A stretch of 64,000 nt of DNA, from contig JADCFX010000029.1 of the NCBI GenBank assembly GCA_020249285.1, positions 29,121 to 93,120 of the forward strand, written 5' to 3'. The notes under the pieces are model-generated. The model saw only the letters and a program-made list of their open reading frames with translations. It did no database searches and was not told where the DNA came from. Below are positions 9,400 through 18,812 of the stretch, in pieces (position 1 is the first letter of the stretch; every line of letters starts with the position of its first letter). A program made the translations under genes and the position numbers. This DNA comes from Roseomonas sp. (GTDB lineage Bacteria; Pseudomonadota; Alphaproteobacteria; Acetobacterales; Acetobacteraceae).

Positions 9400-10923
9400 T
9401 TGAAGATGACGGAGGCGGTGAATTTACGCGAAAGGGTCAAGGAACCGCCTTCGGTATTGCTGGTGGAAAGCTATTATCGCGGGTCAGTCGCGCGTGCGCA
9501 GCATTATGTTTTTGCGCATGAGATGTGGGGGCATCTGGCCCATGGGCTGATGCTGGAACGCCAAGGTATCATTGCCCGCGATGCCATGGCGCAAATCCTG
9601 CCGGAAATCCTCGCCATGGCCGCTGCCGGGCCGGATACGGTGCCGGTGGATTATCGGCAGGAGGATTTGTATTCCTATGTCGAGAAACTCATCATCCAAA
9701 AACTTGGTCCCGATATTGGCGGGCGGCTGCATACTGGGCGTAGCCGGAATGATCTGAACGCAACCACCTGGCGCATGGCCTTGCGCACGGAATTGCTCGC
9801 GGTGCTGGGGCTGCTTGCTGATCTGCGGCAGACGATGCTGGCGCTGGCTGAGGAACACCTCGCCACCATCATGCCTGGCTATACGCATGGCCAACATGCG
9901 CAGCCGATCACCTTCGGCTATTGGTTGGCCTCGGCAGCGGATGCCTTGGCGCGCGATCATCAAAGGCTGATGGGTGCACTGGTGCATTGTGATCTTTGCC
10001 CCCTGGGCGCGGGCGCGCTTTCCACCACGGCCTTCCCGCTTGATCGTGCCTGGGTCGCTGATGCACTCGGCTTCGCTGCCCCGCTGGAGCTTGCCTATGA
10101 TGCGGTATCATCGCGGGATGATGCGCTGGAAGCCGCTTCGGCCATGGCGGTGATGATGACGCTGCTGTCGCGCCTTGCGACGGATCTGCAAAATTGGGGC
10201 AGTTGGGAGTATGGTTTTGTCGAATTGGCGGATCGTCATTCGGCAGTTTCCAGCATCATGCCGCAGAAGAAAAACCCTGCGGCACTGGAACATTTGAAGG
10301 CAGCGGCCGCCATGGTCCAGGGTGCGCATCACGCCGCCATGGCTTGCACCAAAAATACCGCCTTCGCCGATGTGAATGATGCGGTGACGGCGGTGAATGA
10401 ACCCGTGCTGGATGCTGCGCTTCGCAGTCGGCGCATCCTAGCCCTGTTTCAGGAAGTGATGCAGGACATCAGCCTGAACAAGGCCCGCATGGAAAATGCG
10501 GCGCGCGAAGGTTTTGGCTCGGCCACCGAATTGGCCGATGTGATTGTGCGCGAAACCGGGCTGAGTTTCCGCATGGCGCATAACATCGTCGCCATTGTCG
10601 TGCGCGACGCCTTGGCCGAAGGCCGCACGGCGGAAAGCATTTCAAGCGCGGCCTTGGATGAAGCCGCGCAGGTGCTATTCGGCAAGCCCTTGAATATTGC
10701 CGCACAAAAGCTCCGCACCGCGCTGGACCCAGCGCAAAACCTTGTCGGGCGCAGCCTGCTCGGTGGCCCGGCCCCAAAAGCCATGGCGCAGATGATCACA
10801 CGCCGTCGGGAAGCCCTGGCGCGGGATCGCCAAAGCATCTCCGCCATCGGCCAGCGCATTACGAATGCGCGTGCGACATGCTGGGCCGCGGCAAGCGGGC
10901 TTGTGGCGGAGGCGCGCCCATAG
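9400..10923 (+). CDS. Argininosuccinate lyase-like C-N lyase (aspartase/fumarase superfamily), divergent paralogue
   Basis: LHTGRSRNDL, MPGYTHGQHAQP, signature SSIMPQKKNP; the N-terminus differs from canonical ArgH. Confidence 0.8.
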   Translation: MKMTEAVNLRERVKEPPSVLLVESYYRGSVARAQHYVFAHEMWGHLAHGLMLERQGIIARDAMAQILPEILAMAAAGPDTVPVDYRQEDLYSYVEKLIIQKLGPDIGGRLHTGRSRNDLNATTWRMALRTELLAVLGLLADLRQTMLALAEEHLATIMPGYTHGQHAQPITFGYWLASAADALARDHQRLMGALVHCDLCPLGAGALSTTAFPLDRAWVADALGFAAPLELAYDAVSSRDDALEAASAMAVMMTLLSRLATDLQNWGSWEYGFVELADRHSAVSSIMPQKKNPAALEHLKAAAAMVQGAHHAAMACTKNTAFADVNDAVTAVNEPVLDAALRSRRILALFQEVMQDISLNKARMENAAREGFGSATELADVIVRETGLSFRMAHNIVAIVVRDALAEGRTAESISSAALDEAAQVLFGKPLNIAAQKLRTALDPAQNLVGRSLLGGPAPKAMAQMITRRREALARDRQSISAIGQRITNARATCWAAASGLVAEARP

Positions 10924-11003
10924 CCGTGCTACGCTGGGCTATGTTATTCACATCAGCAAAGCGCGCGGCCATAATGGTGCAACGCGAGAACCGGGAGGAA
11001 GAA

Positions 11004-11969
11004 ATGAAACTTACACGCCGCGTCGTGCTCACCGCCGCCGCTGGGCTCTTGTCAGCACCCGCCATCGCGCAATCCGGCTTTCCCAATCGCCCCATTCGCC
11101 TGATCGTGCCTTGGCCGCCCGGCGGTTCCACCGATGGCCAATTGCGCGCCTTGGCCGAGCCGGCATCGCGCTTTCTTGGGCAGCAGGTCATCATCGAAAA
11201 TCGCGGCGGGGCCAGCGGCACATTGGGTGCGCAGATGATGGCGCAAGAACAGCGCGGCGATGGCTATCTGGTTGGTCAATTGCCGATCACCACCTTCCGC
11301 TTCCCTATGATGACCAGCCGCCCCACCTGGGACCCGATGAGGGACTTCACCTATATCATTCACCTCACGGGCTATCTTTTCGGCGTGGTGGTGAAGGCCG
11401 ATAGCCCTTGGAAGAATTGGGAAGAGTTCCTGGCCTATGCCAAGGCCAATCCCGGCAAGGTCGCCTATGGGTCACCTGGTGTTGGCACCACGCTGCACAT
11501 CACGATGGAACGCATCGCGGCGGAACGTGGTATTGAATTCCTGCATGTGCCCTTCCGGGGCGGCGCCGATAACGCGCAATCGCTACTCAGTGGGCAGACC
11601 CAGGCGATGGTTGATTCAACCTCCTGGGCGCCCTTGGTGGATGGCGGGCAATTCCGCCTGCTTTGCACCTGGGGCGAACAACGCGCCAAGCGCTACCCGG
11701 ATGCGCCGACGCTGGTTGAAAGTGGCATCAACATTGTCTCAACTTCACCCTATGGCATTGCCGCGCCCAAGGGCGTTGATCCCGGCATTGTCAAAGCGCT
11801 GCATGATGGCTTCAAGCAGGCGCTTTATGATCCGGTGCATACCACCGCGCTGGAACGCTTCGATATGCCGCTGATCTATAAAAGCAGTGAGGATTACCGC
11901 GCTTCGGTGGCGAAAATCATCGAAGAGGAAGGGGCCGTCATCCGCCGCCTCAACCTCCGCATCAACTGA
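11004..11969 (+). CDS. Bug/TctC tripartite tricarboxylate transporter substrate-binding protein
   Basis: Tat-like LTRRVVL leader, FPNRPIRLIVPWPPGGSTD, IENRGGASG, HVPFRGG; GGAGG before ATG 11004. Confidence 0.92.
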   Translation: MKLTRRVVLTAAAGLLSAPAIAQSGFPNRPIRLIVPWPPGGSTDGQLRALAEPASRFLGQQVIIENRGGASGTLGAQMMAQEQRGDGYLVGQLPITTFRFPMMTSRPTWDPMRDFTYIIHLTGYLFGVVVKADSPWKNWEEFLAYAKANPGKVAYGSPGVGTTLHITMERIAAERGIEFLHVPFRGGADNAQSLLSGQTQAMVDSTSWAPLVDGGQFRLLCTWGEQRAKRYPDAPTLVESGINIVSTSPYGIAAPKGVDPGIVKALHDGFKQALYDPVHTTALERFDMPLIYKSSEDYRASVAKIIEEEGAVIRRLNLRIN

Positions 11970-11971
11970 AG

Positions 11972-13021
11972 CTAAACAGGCCGCAAAGTATCCAGCGCAA
12001 GGGAAACATTGCGCTGGATCGTCCCATCCTCATCGTGCAGCGCAAGCCCAACGCGCCCTTGCGGCCAATCAATTTCCACCGTGCCGAAATTGACGCGCGG
12101 GTAAAGCTCACCCAGCCGATTGGGGCCTTGTTCCCGCGCATTGACGAATTGCCGGTTGATCCCGCTTGAGGTGATTTCAGTCAGCGGATAGGGCGTGCCC
12201 TGGCTTTCACGATAAAGCGCGCCGATGTGCCGATCTCCGGAAAGAAACACCACGCCCCGCGCCTTGGTGCTTGCGATCAGATCATAAAGCCGCTGGCGTT
12301 CGCGCGGGAAATTGCCCCATCTTTCCCAGCCATGGCCTTCCACCACGACCTGGATGGAAGAAACAATCAATCGTAGCTCCGCAGGTTCTTGCAGGCATTG
12401 GCCAAGCCAATCCCATTGCGCTTCGCCCAATATGGTCTTTGCCGGATCATCATCGGGCAAAAAGCGTTCCCGTCCGGGCGCGCCGCGCTGATCGGTGATG
12501 CGCAGCGGCGCACGAAACCAGCGCGTATCCAATAAAATGATCTGCACGCGCTGTTCTGCCGGCCCCAGCGTCAGATGGTGATAAAGCCCTTCTCGGCGCC
12601 GCCGCACATCATCAGCCGGTACGCGCCAGAATTCCAGAAACGCGTCCTTCGCTTCCTGCTTGAAGGGGTTTTCAACGCCGCCATCATTCACGCCAAAATC
12701 ATGATCATCCCAGATCGCAGTGTGATGCTGTTGGCCTGCGATGAAGCCCATGAATTCCTGATGTTGCTGCGCCCGGGCATAGGCTTCCTGCAATTCGGCC
12801 AAATCATGCCGTCGCACCCCGCCATAAACATTATCGCCGGCGAAGATGAAGAATTCCGGCTGCCAGGCACGCACCGCGCGCCAAATCGGCTGCGGCAGCT
12901 TCTCATCAGCACAGGTTCCGAAGGCAATGCGGCTGATCGCCGCGCCCTGTGCCGCCAGCGGCGCTGCAACCGGTGCCAAGGCCGCCGCGGCCAAGCCACG
13001 CCGCGTGAGCATGGGCTTCAA
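11972..13021 (-). CDS. phoD: PhoD-family alkaline phosphatase/phosphodiesterase, Tat-exported
   Basis: LTRRGL leader, GDNVYG, WDDHDFG, LLDTR, FLSGDRH. Confidence 0.85.
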   Translation of the reverse strand: MKPMLTRRGLAAAALAPVAAPLAAQGAAISRIAFGTCADEKLPQPIWRAVRAWQPEFFIFAGDNVYGGVRRHDLAELQEAYARAQQHQEFMGFIAGQQHHTAIWDDHDFGVNDGGVENPFKQEAKDAFLEFWRVPADDVRRRREGLYHHLTLGPAEQRVQIILLDTRWFRAPLRITDQRGAPGRERFLPDDDPAKTILGEAQWDWLGQCLQEPAELRLIVSSIQVVVEGHGWERWGNFPRERQRLYDLIASTKARGVVFLSGDRHIGALYRESQGTPYPLTEITSSGINRQFVNAREQGPNRLGELYPRVNFGTVEIDWPQGRVGLALHDEDGTIQRNVSLALDTLRPV

Positions 13022-14223
13022 ACCTGCGGCACTTCAACCTTGCCGGTATGCAGCTTCAGCCGCGACATCTCCGGCGCATCCTGCCCCGCATCGCGGAAGG
13101 CCTGCTTCAGCGCCGCCATATTCGGCGCGAAGATGCTTTCGCGATTTTCGCTAACCCAATCGCGCGATTGCTGCGGCATCACGAGCGAGCCCTGGAAGCG
13201 CGGCATTACCCAACGCGCAAAAAGCTCAAAGGAACGCATGGTCGCTTCGCGGTCCGCCCATTCATGGGCGCGGAACAACACGCCCCCTGCCCCGCCATCG
13301 GTGAAACTCAGCAGCCGTTCAATCCCCGCCGCCACAGTTTCCGGTGATCCCACCAGCGTTGACCCCATCGCCAACCCATCGCGCAAAGGATCTTCTGAAC
13401 GCATCGGTGGCCGGCCCAGGGTTTCGCTGAAATAGGTCAGCGTTTCCAAAGCCTCACCATGGCGCACATCACGCAACGCGCGTTCATCATCCTCAGCGCA
13501 ATGCAGATTGACCACCAGGCGCCAATTGCGCCTTTCCATCTTCTGGCCATGCTTGGCGGCTTCCGCTTCCGCCATCTGCCATTGCCCAGCGAGTGATTTC
13601 GGCCCGCCCGGCAGCCCGGCACCCAGCGATATCAGCCCAAGCCCATATTTCGCCGCCGCTAGCGCGCCCGAAGGCGTGGTGGAAGACGCAACCGCGATCG
13701 GGAAACGCGGTTCCGAATAAGGCGCCAGATGCAGCCGCGCCTCACGCAAGGTGAACCAATCGGTCTCCATGGTCACAGGTTCTTCGCAGGCCAAAAGCCG
13801 CGTAATCGCGTTCAGCGATTCATCCATGCGCCGGCGTTGATGCGCGGCATCAATGCCCATCATGTATGCGTCAGATACCAGCGCCCCAGGTCCGCAGCCC
13901 AGCATCACGCGCCCGCGCGTCATATGGTCCAACTGCACAAAGCGCTGCGCGACCAAAAGCGGGTGGTGATACGGCAGGCTGGTCACGCCTGATCCAAGTT
14001 TGATGTGCTTGGTGCGTTCTGCCGCCGCCGCAATCATGATTTCGGGGCTGGCGATGGTTTCCCAGCCGGCGGAATGATGTTCGCCAATCCAGGCCTCATC
14101 AAAGCCCAGATGGTCCAGCCATTCGATCAATTCCAAATCGCGCGTGAGCCCAAGCGTTGGATTGTCGCCCACGCGATGAAACGGGGCCAGGAAAATGCCG
14201 AAGCGAAGGCGGCGAGGCAGCAT
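13018..14223 (-). CDS. LLM-class flavin-dependent monooxygenase (limonene monooxygenase LimB-like)
   Basis: RFGIFLAPFH, EAWIGEHHSAGWE, IKLGSGVTSLPYHHP, LDHMTRGR; GGAG upstream of ATG 14223 (alternative start 14241). Confidence 0.88.
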   Translation of the reverse strand: MLPRRLRFGIFLAPFHRVGDNPTLGLTRDLELIEWLDHLGFDEAWIGEHHSAGWETIASPEIMIAAAAERTKHIKLGSGVTSLPYHHPLLVAQRFVQLDHMTRGRVMLGCGPGALVSDAYMMGIDAAHQRRRMDESLNAITRLLACEEPVTMETDWFTLREARLHLAPYSEPRFPIAVASSTTPSGALAAAKYGLGLISLGAGLPGGPKSLAGQWQMAEAEAAKHGQKMERRNWRLVVNLHCAEDDERALRDVRHGEALETLTYFSETLGRPPMRSEDPLRDGLAMGSTLVGSPETVAAGIERLLSFTDGGAGGVLFRAHEWADREATMRSFELFARWVMPRFQGSLVMPQQSRDWVSENRESIFAPNMAALKQAFRDAGQDAPEMSRLKLHTGKVEVPQV

Positions 14224-14237
14224 GGGTGGCTTCTCCA

Positions 14238-14954
14238 TCACATGGAAGGCGGATCGCCCGCCAGGAATTCCTCGCCGCCATAATCGGCCGCGCGAGGCAG
14301 GCGCAGGATGCGCCCTTCAGGGGTCATGCCCACAAGTTCGGGCAATACGGTTACCACAGGCTTGGCGCGCGCGGCGGCAAAGGCTTCCGCCACACTGTCA
14401 TGCCGGGCGAGCTTGGTCAGGTTCATCCGCGTCGGGAACACCAGCTTCTTGGTGCCGGCAATGCCTTCCGCCAGCGCATCAGCGGGCCTGATCCAGATAC
14501 TATCCACCGCTTCATGCCCATCATGCAAAGCGGCCTGATCTTCCGGCGCGGCGGCCAGGAAGAAATGCGTATCAAAACGCTTGGGCACTTCCACCGGCGT
14601 GATCCAATGCGCGAAATGCCCGAGTGATGATACCGCCGGCATCAGGCGGCGTTCGGCCAGCATGGCGGCGAATTCACCCTCGGCTTCCGGCGTGCTGCCT
14701 TCCTCGGCGAGTAAGACGCCACATTCTTCCCAGGTTTCGCGAATGGCCGCCACGCGAAAGGCGCCATGGGCATCGCCGCCGGCCAATGTCTTGTCAGCCG
14801 CTTCCACGCGCCCACCGGGAAACACCAAGGCGCCTGAGGCAAAATCAATCTGCCGGTGCCGCACCACCATAAAAACTTCCATGCCCCGCGGCCCATCACG
14901 CAGCAGCAGAACGGTGGAAGCCGGGCGGGCGGGGGCGGTTGGTGTGTCACTCAT
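14238..14954 (-). CDS. NUDIX hydrolase (NUDT19-like)
   Basis: RPASTVLLLRD, FASGALVFPGGRVE...AAIRETWEECG (Nudix box), HWITP...KRFDTHFF. Confidence 0.88.
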   Translation of the reverse strand: MSDTPTAPARPASTVLLLRDGPRGMEVFMVVRHRQIDFASGALVFPGGRVEAADKTLAGGDAHGAFRVAAIRETWEECGVLLAEEGSTPEAEGEFAAMLAERRLMPAVSSLGHFAHWITPVEVPKRFDTHFFLAAAPEDQAALHDGHEAVDSIWIRPADALAEGIAGTKKLVFPTRMNLTKLARHDSVAEAFAAARAKPVVTVLPELVGMTPEGRILRLPRAADYGGEEFLAGDPPSM

Positions 14955-15000
14955 ACCTGCATTGCAGCCCGCCCAGCGCTCCACCGCAAGGTGCCCCGCT

Positions 15001-15333
15001 TCATCCTTTGGCCAGGCGGCGCAAATGCTGGGCGGCCGCGCGGCTGGCAGCGGCTTCAATGTCACGAAAACCCAGCACCAGCGCTTCCCCCAGGCGAGTG
15101 AGCTTGGCGCCTCCGCCCCCAGCGCCGCCGGTGATGCGCTCCACCACCGGGGAAGAAAAGGTCTGGTTCAGTTCCGCGACCAATTCCCAGGCCCGGCGGT
15201 AGGACATGCCAAGCGACCGTGCGGCGGCACTGATCGAACCGGCCTCGGCAATCGCCTCCAGCAGGGTGATCTTGCCGGGGCCCACGCGTCCATCGGCAAA
15301 ATCAATGCGCAGCCAAAGTGCCGCTTCGGTCAT
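15001..15333 (-). CDS. modE: ModE-like winged-helix regulator, DNA-binding domain only (no TOBE)
   Basis: GPGKITLLEAIAEAGSISAAARSLGMSYRRAW..V..LN, GGGGA.LT; 110 aa; overlaps the modC stop. Confidence 0.82.
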   Translation of the reverse strand: MTEAALWLRIDFADGRVGPGKITLLEAIAEAGSISAAARSLGMSYRRAWELVAELNQTFSSPVVERITGGAGGGGAKLTRLGEALVLGFRDIEAAASRAAAQHLRRLAKG

Positions 15334-16430
15334 GGTCGAGGCATCACATGCAGGGCATCGCGCAGCAGGGAAACGCTGCATGCCTCCCCTGGCGCCAGAC
15401 CATTGCGCTGCGCGGCATGGCGCGGCAGGGCGAAGGTCAATTGTCGGCCCTCGGGGTCGCCAACATCCAGGGTCACGCGCATTTCCTCGCCCATCGGCAG
15501 CAGCGCGATGATGGTGCCGGACACCGGGTTTTCCCTTTCGCCCGCCGAGGGGCGGCCACGGCGATGCAGCACCACGCCGCCCGCGCCAATCAGCCAATCC
15601 ACGGCGGTGCCAGGCGGCAGGCTTGGCATGGGGGCCGCTTCCAGCACCTGATCACCCCAGCGGAGCCTGGTGAGGTCATCCTCATGCGCCAGGATCACGC
15701 CGGTAAAAAGATTGCGCAGATCAAGCAGTCGCGCGACTTCGGCGGAGGCCGGGCGCGCCAGCATTTCTGCGGGTGGCGCGGTTTGCAGCCCCCTGCCCCG
15801 ATGCAGCAACAGCATGCGGTCCGCGAGTGACGCAGCCTCATCCAAATCATGCGTCACCAGGATGATCGGGATGGAAAGCCCCTGGCGCAAATTGGCCAAT
15901 TCCACCTGCAAGCGCCGACGCGTGGCGCGGTCCACGGCGCTGAAGGGTTCATCCAGCAGCAGCACGGCAGGGTCGCGCGCCAAAGCCCGCGCGACCGCCA
16001 CGCGCTGTTGTTGCCCGCCGGAAAGCTCGGCCGGGCGGCGCTGCTCAAGCCCTGCCAGATGCACGCGCGCCAAAAGGGCGGCGGCGCGGGGGGCGCGCTC
16101 AGCAGCCGGCACATGGCCCATCGCGGCCATCACATTGGCAAGCGCGGTCATATGCGGAAAAAGCGCGTAATCCTGAAACACCAGCCCCACGCGGCGCCGA
16201 TGCGCCGGCAAGTCAAGTGCTCGGCTGGTGTCGAGCCATGCCTCGCCGCCGCAGATCACATGGCCGCTTTCGGGATGATGCAGCCCGGCAATGGCGCGCA
16301 GCGTGGTGGATTTGCCGGCGCCTGACGGGCCGATGATGGCCAGCAACTCCCCCGGCGCGCAGTCTAGCGCAAGGTCAAGCGCGATCGGCGCTGTGGCCTT
16401 CAGGCGCAGGCTAAGACCCGCATTAGCCAT
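15330..16430 (-). CDS. modC: Molybdate ABC transporter ATPase
   Basis: GPSGAGKS, LSGGQQQR, LLLDEPFS, C-terminal TOBE-like region; follows modB. Confidence 0.9.
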   Translation of the reverse strand: MANAGLSLRLKATAPIALDLALDCAPGELLAIIGPSGAGKSTTLRAIAGLHHPESGHVICGGEAWLDTSRALDLPAHRRRVGLVFQDYALFPHMTALANVMAAMGHVPAAERAPRAAALLARVHLAGLEQRRPAELSGGQQQRVAVARALARDPAVLLLDEPFSAVDRATRRRLQVELANLRQGLSIPIILVTHDLDEAASLADRMLLLHRGRGLQTAPPAEMLARPASAEVARLLDLRNLFTGVILAHEDDLTRLRWGDQVLEAAPMPSLPPGTAVDWLIGAGGVVLHRRGRPSAGERENPVSGTIIALLPMGEEMRVTLDVGDPEGRQLTFALPRHAAQRNGLAPGEACSVSLLRDALHVMPRP

Positions 16431-17094
16431 GGCGGCGGCACCCAATGCCGCGGGTCAGGCGCTGCACCAGTAGCAGCGCCACCAGGCAGATAACGAGCAA
16501 CAGCGCGGACATGCTGGCCGCGGCGGCATCGTCAAAAGCTTGTACGCGATCATAAATGGCGATGGCGGCGGTACGGGTTTCGCCAGGGATGGCGCCGCCC
16601 ACCATCAGCACCACGCCAAATTCTCCAAGCGTATGGGCGAAAGTAAGCACAATGGCGGTGGCAATACCGGGCCAGGCCAAAGGCAATTCAATACGCCGAA
16701 ACACCGCCCAGGGGGTCATGCCGGAAGTCGCCCCCGCTTCGCGCAGATTGGGCGGGATGGCGGCAAAGGCGTTCTGGATTGGCTGAACGGCGAAGGGGAT
16801 ATTCGCAATGGCACTCGCCAGCAGCAGCCCTTCAAAGGAAAAGGCGAGGGTCCGACCGAATATCGCCTGGAAGGCACCGCCCAGCCAGGTGCCGGCGCCA
16901 AAGGCGGTCAGCAGGTAAAAGCCAAGCACCGTCGGCGGCAGCACCAGCGGCAGCGCCACTGCCGCTTCAATCATGCCCCGCCCGGCAAAACGCCGCAGCG
17001 CCAAATGCCGCCCGAGCCAAAGTGCAAAGGGCAGCAGGATCACCACCGTGCTGAGGCCAAGCCAAAGCGAAAGACGAAGCGCGGGCCAATCCAT
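16423..17094 (-). CDS. modB: Molybdate ABC transporter permease
   Basis: LPLVLPPTVLGFYLL, EAA-like loop, FAHTLGEFGVVLMVGG.IPGETRT. Confidence 0.93.
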   Translation of the reverse strand: MDWPALRLSLWLGLSTVVILLPFALWLGRHLALRRFAGRGMIEAAVALPLVLPPTVLGFYLLTAFGAGTWLGGAFQAIFGRTLAFSFEGLLLASAIANIPFAVQPIQNAFAAIPPNLREAGATSGMTPWAVFRRIELPLAWPGIATAIVLTFAHTLGEFGVVLMVGGAIPGETRTAAIAIYDRVQAFDDAAAASMSALLLVICLVALLLVQRLTRGIGCRRHG

Positions 17095-17097
17095 CGT

Positions 17098-17862
17098 TCA
17101 GCGATTCTGCAGGCCATGGCGCGCGAAAACCGCCGCCGCTTGGGAAGAGAGCAACCAGGCCTGCACGCGCAGCGCCGCTTCACTGGCGCGCTTCGTCAGG
17201 GCTAGGCGATGGCGGAGCGGTTCATGCAACGCCTCAGGCACAAGGCTGAAATCACCGCGCGCCTTGAGCGCTGGGGAAAGCGCTAGAGAGAGCGCGATCA
17301 AACCGCCGGTCGCCCCTTCCATCATGGCGAATTGTGCTGCCTGGGCGATGTTTTCGCCAAAGACGAGGCGCGGGCGCAGCGCCTCCCAAAGGTTCAATCG
17401 GCGTAGGGCTTCTTGGGCAGCGCGGCCATAGGGGGCGATTTCCGGATTGGCGATGGCAAAGCGTTGCACGCGCCCCGCCGCCAATAAGAGGCGCAGCGCT
17501 TCCAACCCGCCAGCGGGATTAAGTACCGAGCCGCGCACCGCAAACAGCGCCAACCTGCCAAGCGCAAAGACATGGCCCGCATCGCGCGACTGCCCCGCTT
17601 CGGCGAGTTTCTGGATGCTGATCTCATCCGCCGCCAGCAGCATCTCAAAAGGTGCGCCCTGCGCGATCTGCCGCGCCAGATTGCCGCTGGCGCCATAAGC
17701 GAAGCGCGGCGCGATCCCGGTTTCTGCCGTGATCAACGCTGCCGCTTCCTCCAGCGCCGGCTGCAAGCTGGCGGCGGCGGCGATCAATGGTCGCGGCGCC
17801 GCGCCAGAAGTTGCGGGCGCCAAGGCCAAGGAGGCCAAAATTAGCCATGATCGACGATGCAT
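17098..17862 (-). CDS. modA: Molybdate ABC transporter substrate-binding protein
   Basis: AAAASL, YGASG.LARQI.QGAP, AIANPE.APYGRAA, GENIAQA. Confidence 0.92.
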   Translation of the reverse strand: MHRRSWLILASLALAPATSGAAPRPLIAAAASLQPALEEAAALITAETGIAPRFAYGASGNLARQIAQGAPFEMLLAADEISIQKLAEAGQSRDAGHVFALGRLALFAVRGSVLNPAGGLEALRLLLAAGRVQRFAIANPEIAPYGRAAQEALRRLNLWEALRPRLVFGENIAQAAQFAMMEGATGGLIALSLALSPALKARGDFSLVPEALHEPLRHRLALTKRASEAALRVQAWLLSSQAAAVFARHGLQNR

Positions 17863-17872
17863 GGTGCGACCC

Positions 17873-17896
17873 CGTTATTCCTGAATGGGTATAACC
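17873..17896 (-). promoter_or_regulatory. ModE/Mo-box-like operator upstream of modA
   Basis: CGTTAT-tcctgaatgggt-ATAAC: GTTAT-N12-ATAAC inverted repeat, the spacing of the ModE consensus, 11-34 nt upstream of the modA start. Confidence 0.6.
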
Positions 17897-17931
17897 CTTC
17901 CCAATTGGTCCGATCAAGATGGAAAAGGACC

Positions 17932-17960
17932 AGTGGTTCAATCGTCGAGTGGTTCAATCG
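17932..17960. repeat. Perfect 13-bp direct repeat, period 16
   Basis: AGTGGTTCAATCG at 17932-17944 and 17948-17960. Confidence 0.9.
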
Positions 17961-18263
17961 CGGGCGAAAAACAATCTCGCCACCGTACCCTGCGATACGC
18001 GTGTGGAAGCCTTTTCAGACGAGCGGCGCGAATCGCCAGAGAGCCGTTTTCTGCTCCCAACCATCGTGAATCGCCGCCTATCGGCGCGGCCAGCGGTATT
18101 TCCCGAACCCCAAGGATGACCGAAAATTCACCGAAAGTAACAGCCTAGCCGACATCCTTGCAGGTAGCCAAAGCCTGACCGATATAGAGACCGTAACCGA
18201 AGATTAATTGCAGCCTGCGGCGGGAGAATAGCGTCCTCCAAAGGCCCTGAGGCGGGGATTGAG

Positions 18264-18806
18264 ATGGAAAAGGCGACGCTTGGCGGTGGGTGCTTCTGGT
18301 GCCTGGAAGCCGTGTTTCGGGAGATGGCGGGCGTTACCTCCGCCCAATCCGGCTACGCCGGGGGCCATGTGGCCAATCCAAGCTATGAGGAAGTTTGCGG
18401 CAAGCGAACCGGCCATGCCGAAGTTGTGCAAGTCACCTTCGACCCTGCGCTACTGACCTTTGCCGATCTGCTCCGGGTGTTTTTCACCATCCATGACCCC
18501 ACCACCAAGGACAGGCAGGGGGCAGATATCGGCCCGCAATATCGCAGCATCATTCTGACCCATGGTGCCGAACAGGAAGCCACCACAAAGACAGTCATCG
18601 CCGAGATCACCACAGCAGGTCTTTGGCCGAGGCCAATTGTAACTGAAATCGTACCCCTGACGGAGTTCTGGCCAGCGGAGCCCGAGCATGACAACTACTT
18701 TGCCCGAAACCCCTGGTCAGGCTATTGCCAAGCCGTGATCGCACCGAAACTCAACAAATTCAGGAAGGCCTTTGCCGGCACACTGAAAGCCCAAGGAGGG
18801 GACTGA
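18264..18806 (+). CDS. msrA: Peptide methionine (S)-sulfoxide reductase
   Basis: GGGCFWCLE active site, SGYAGG, GHAEVVQ, HDPT, QYRS, AEPEHDNY. Confidence 0.97.
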   Translation: MEKATLGGGCFWCLEAVFREMAGVTSAQSGYAGGHVANPSYEEVCGKRTGHAEVVQVTFDPALLTFADLLRVFFTIHDPTTKDRQGADIGPQYRSIILTHGAEQEATTKTVIAEITTAGLWPRPIVTEIVPLTEFWPAEPEHDNYFARNPWSGYCQAVIAPKLNKFRKAFAGTLKAQGGD

Positions 18807-18812
18807 CATCTC

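Noticed and set aside
17932-17960. GGTTCAATC resembling a tRNA T-loop, or the start of a CRISPR array
   Set aside because: No cloverleaf or acceptor stem; only two 13-bp copies with a 3-nt spacer; no cas genes.
17919-18119. 66-aa ORF in the modA-msrA spacer
   Set aside because: No RBS or motif support; composition not protein-like; left unannotated.
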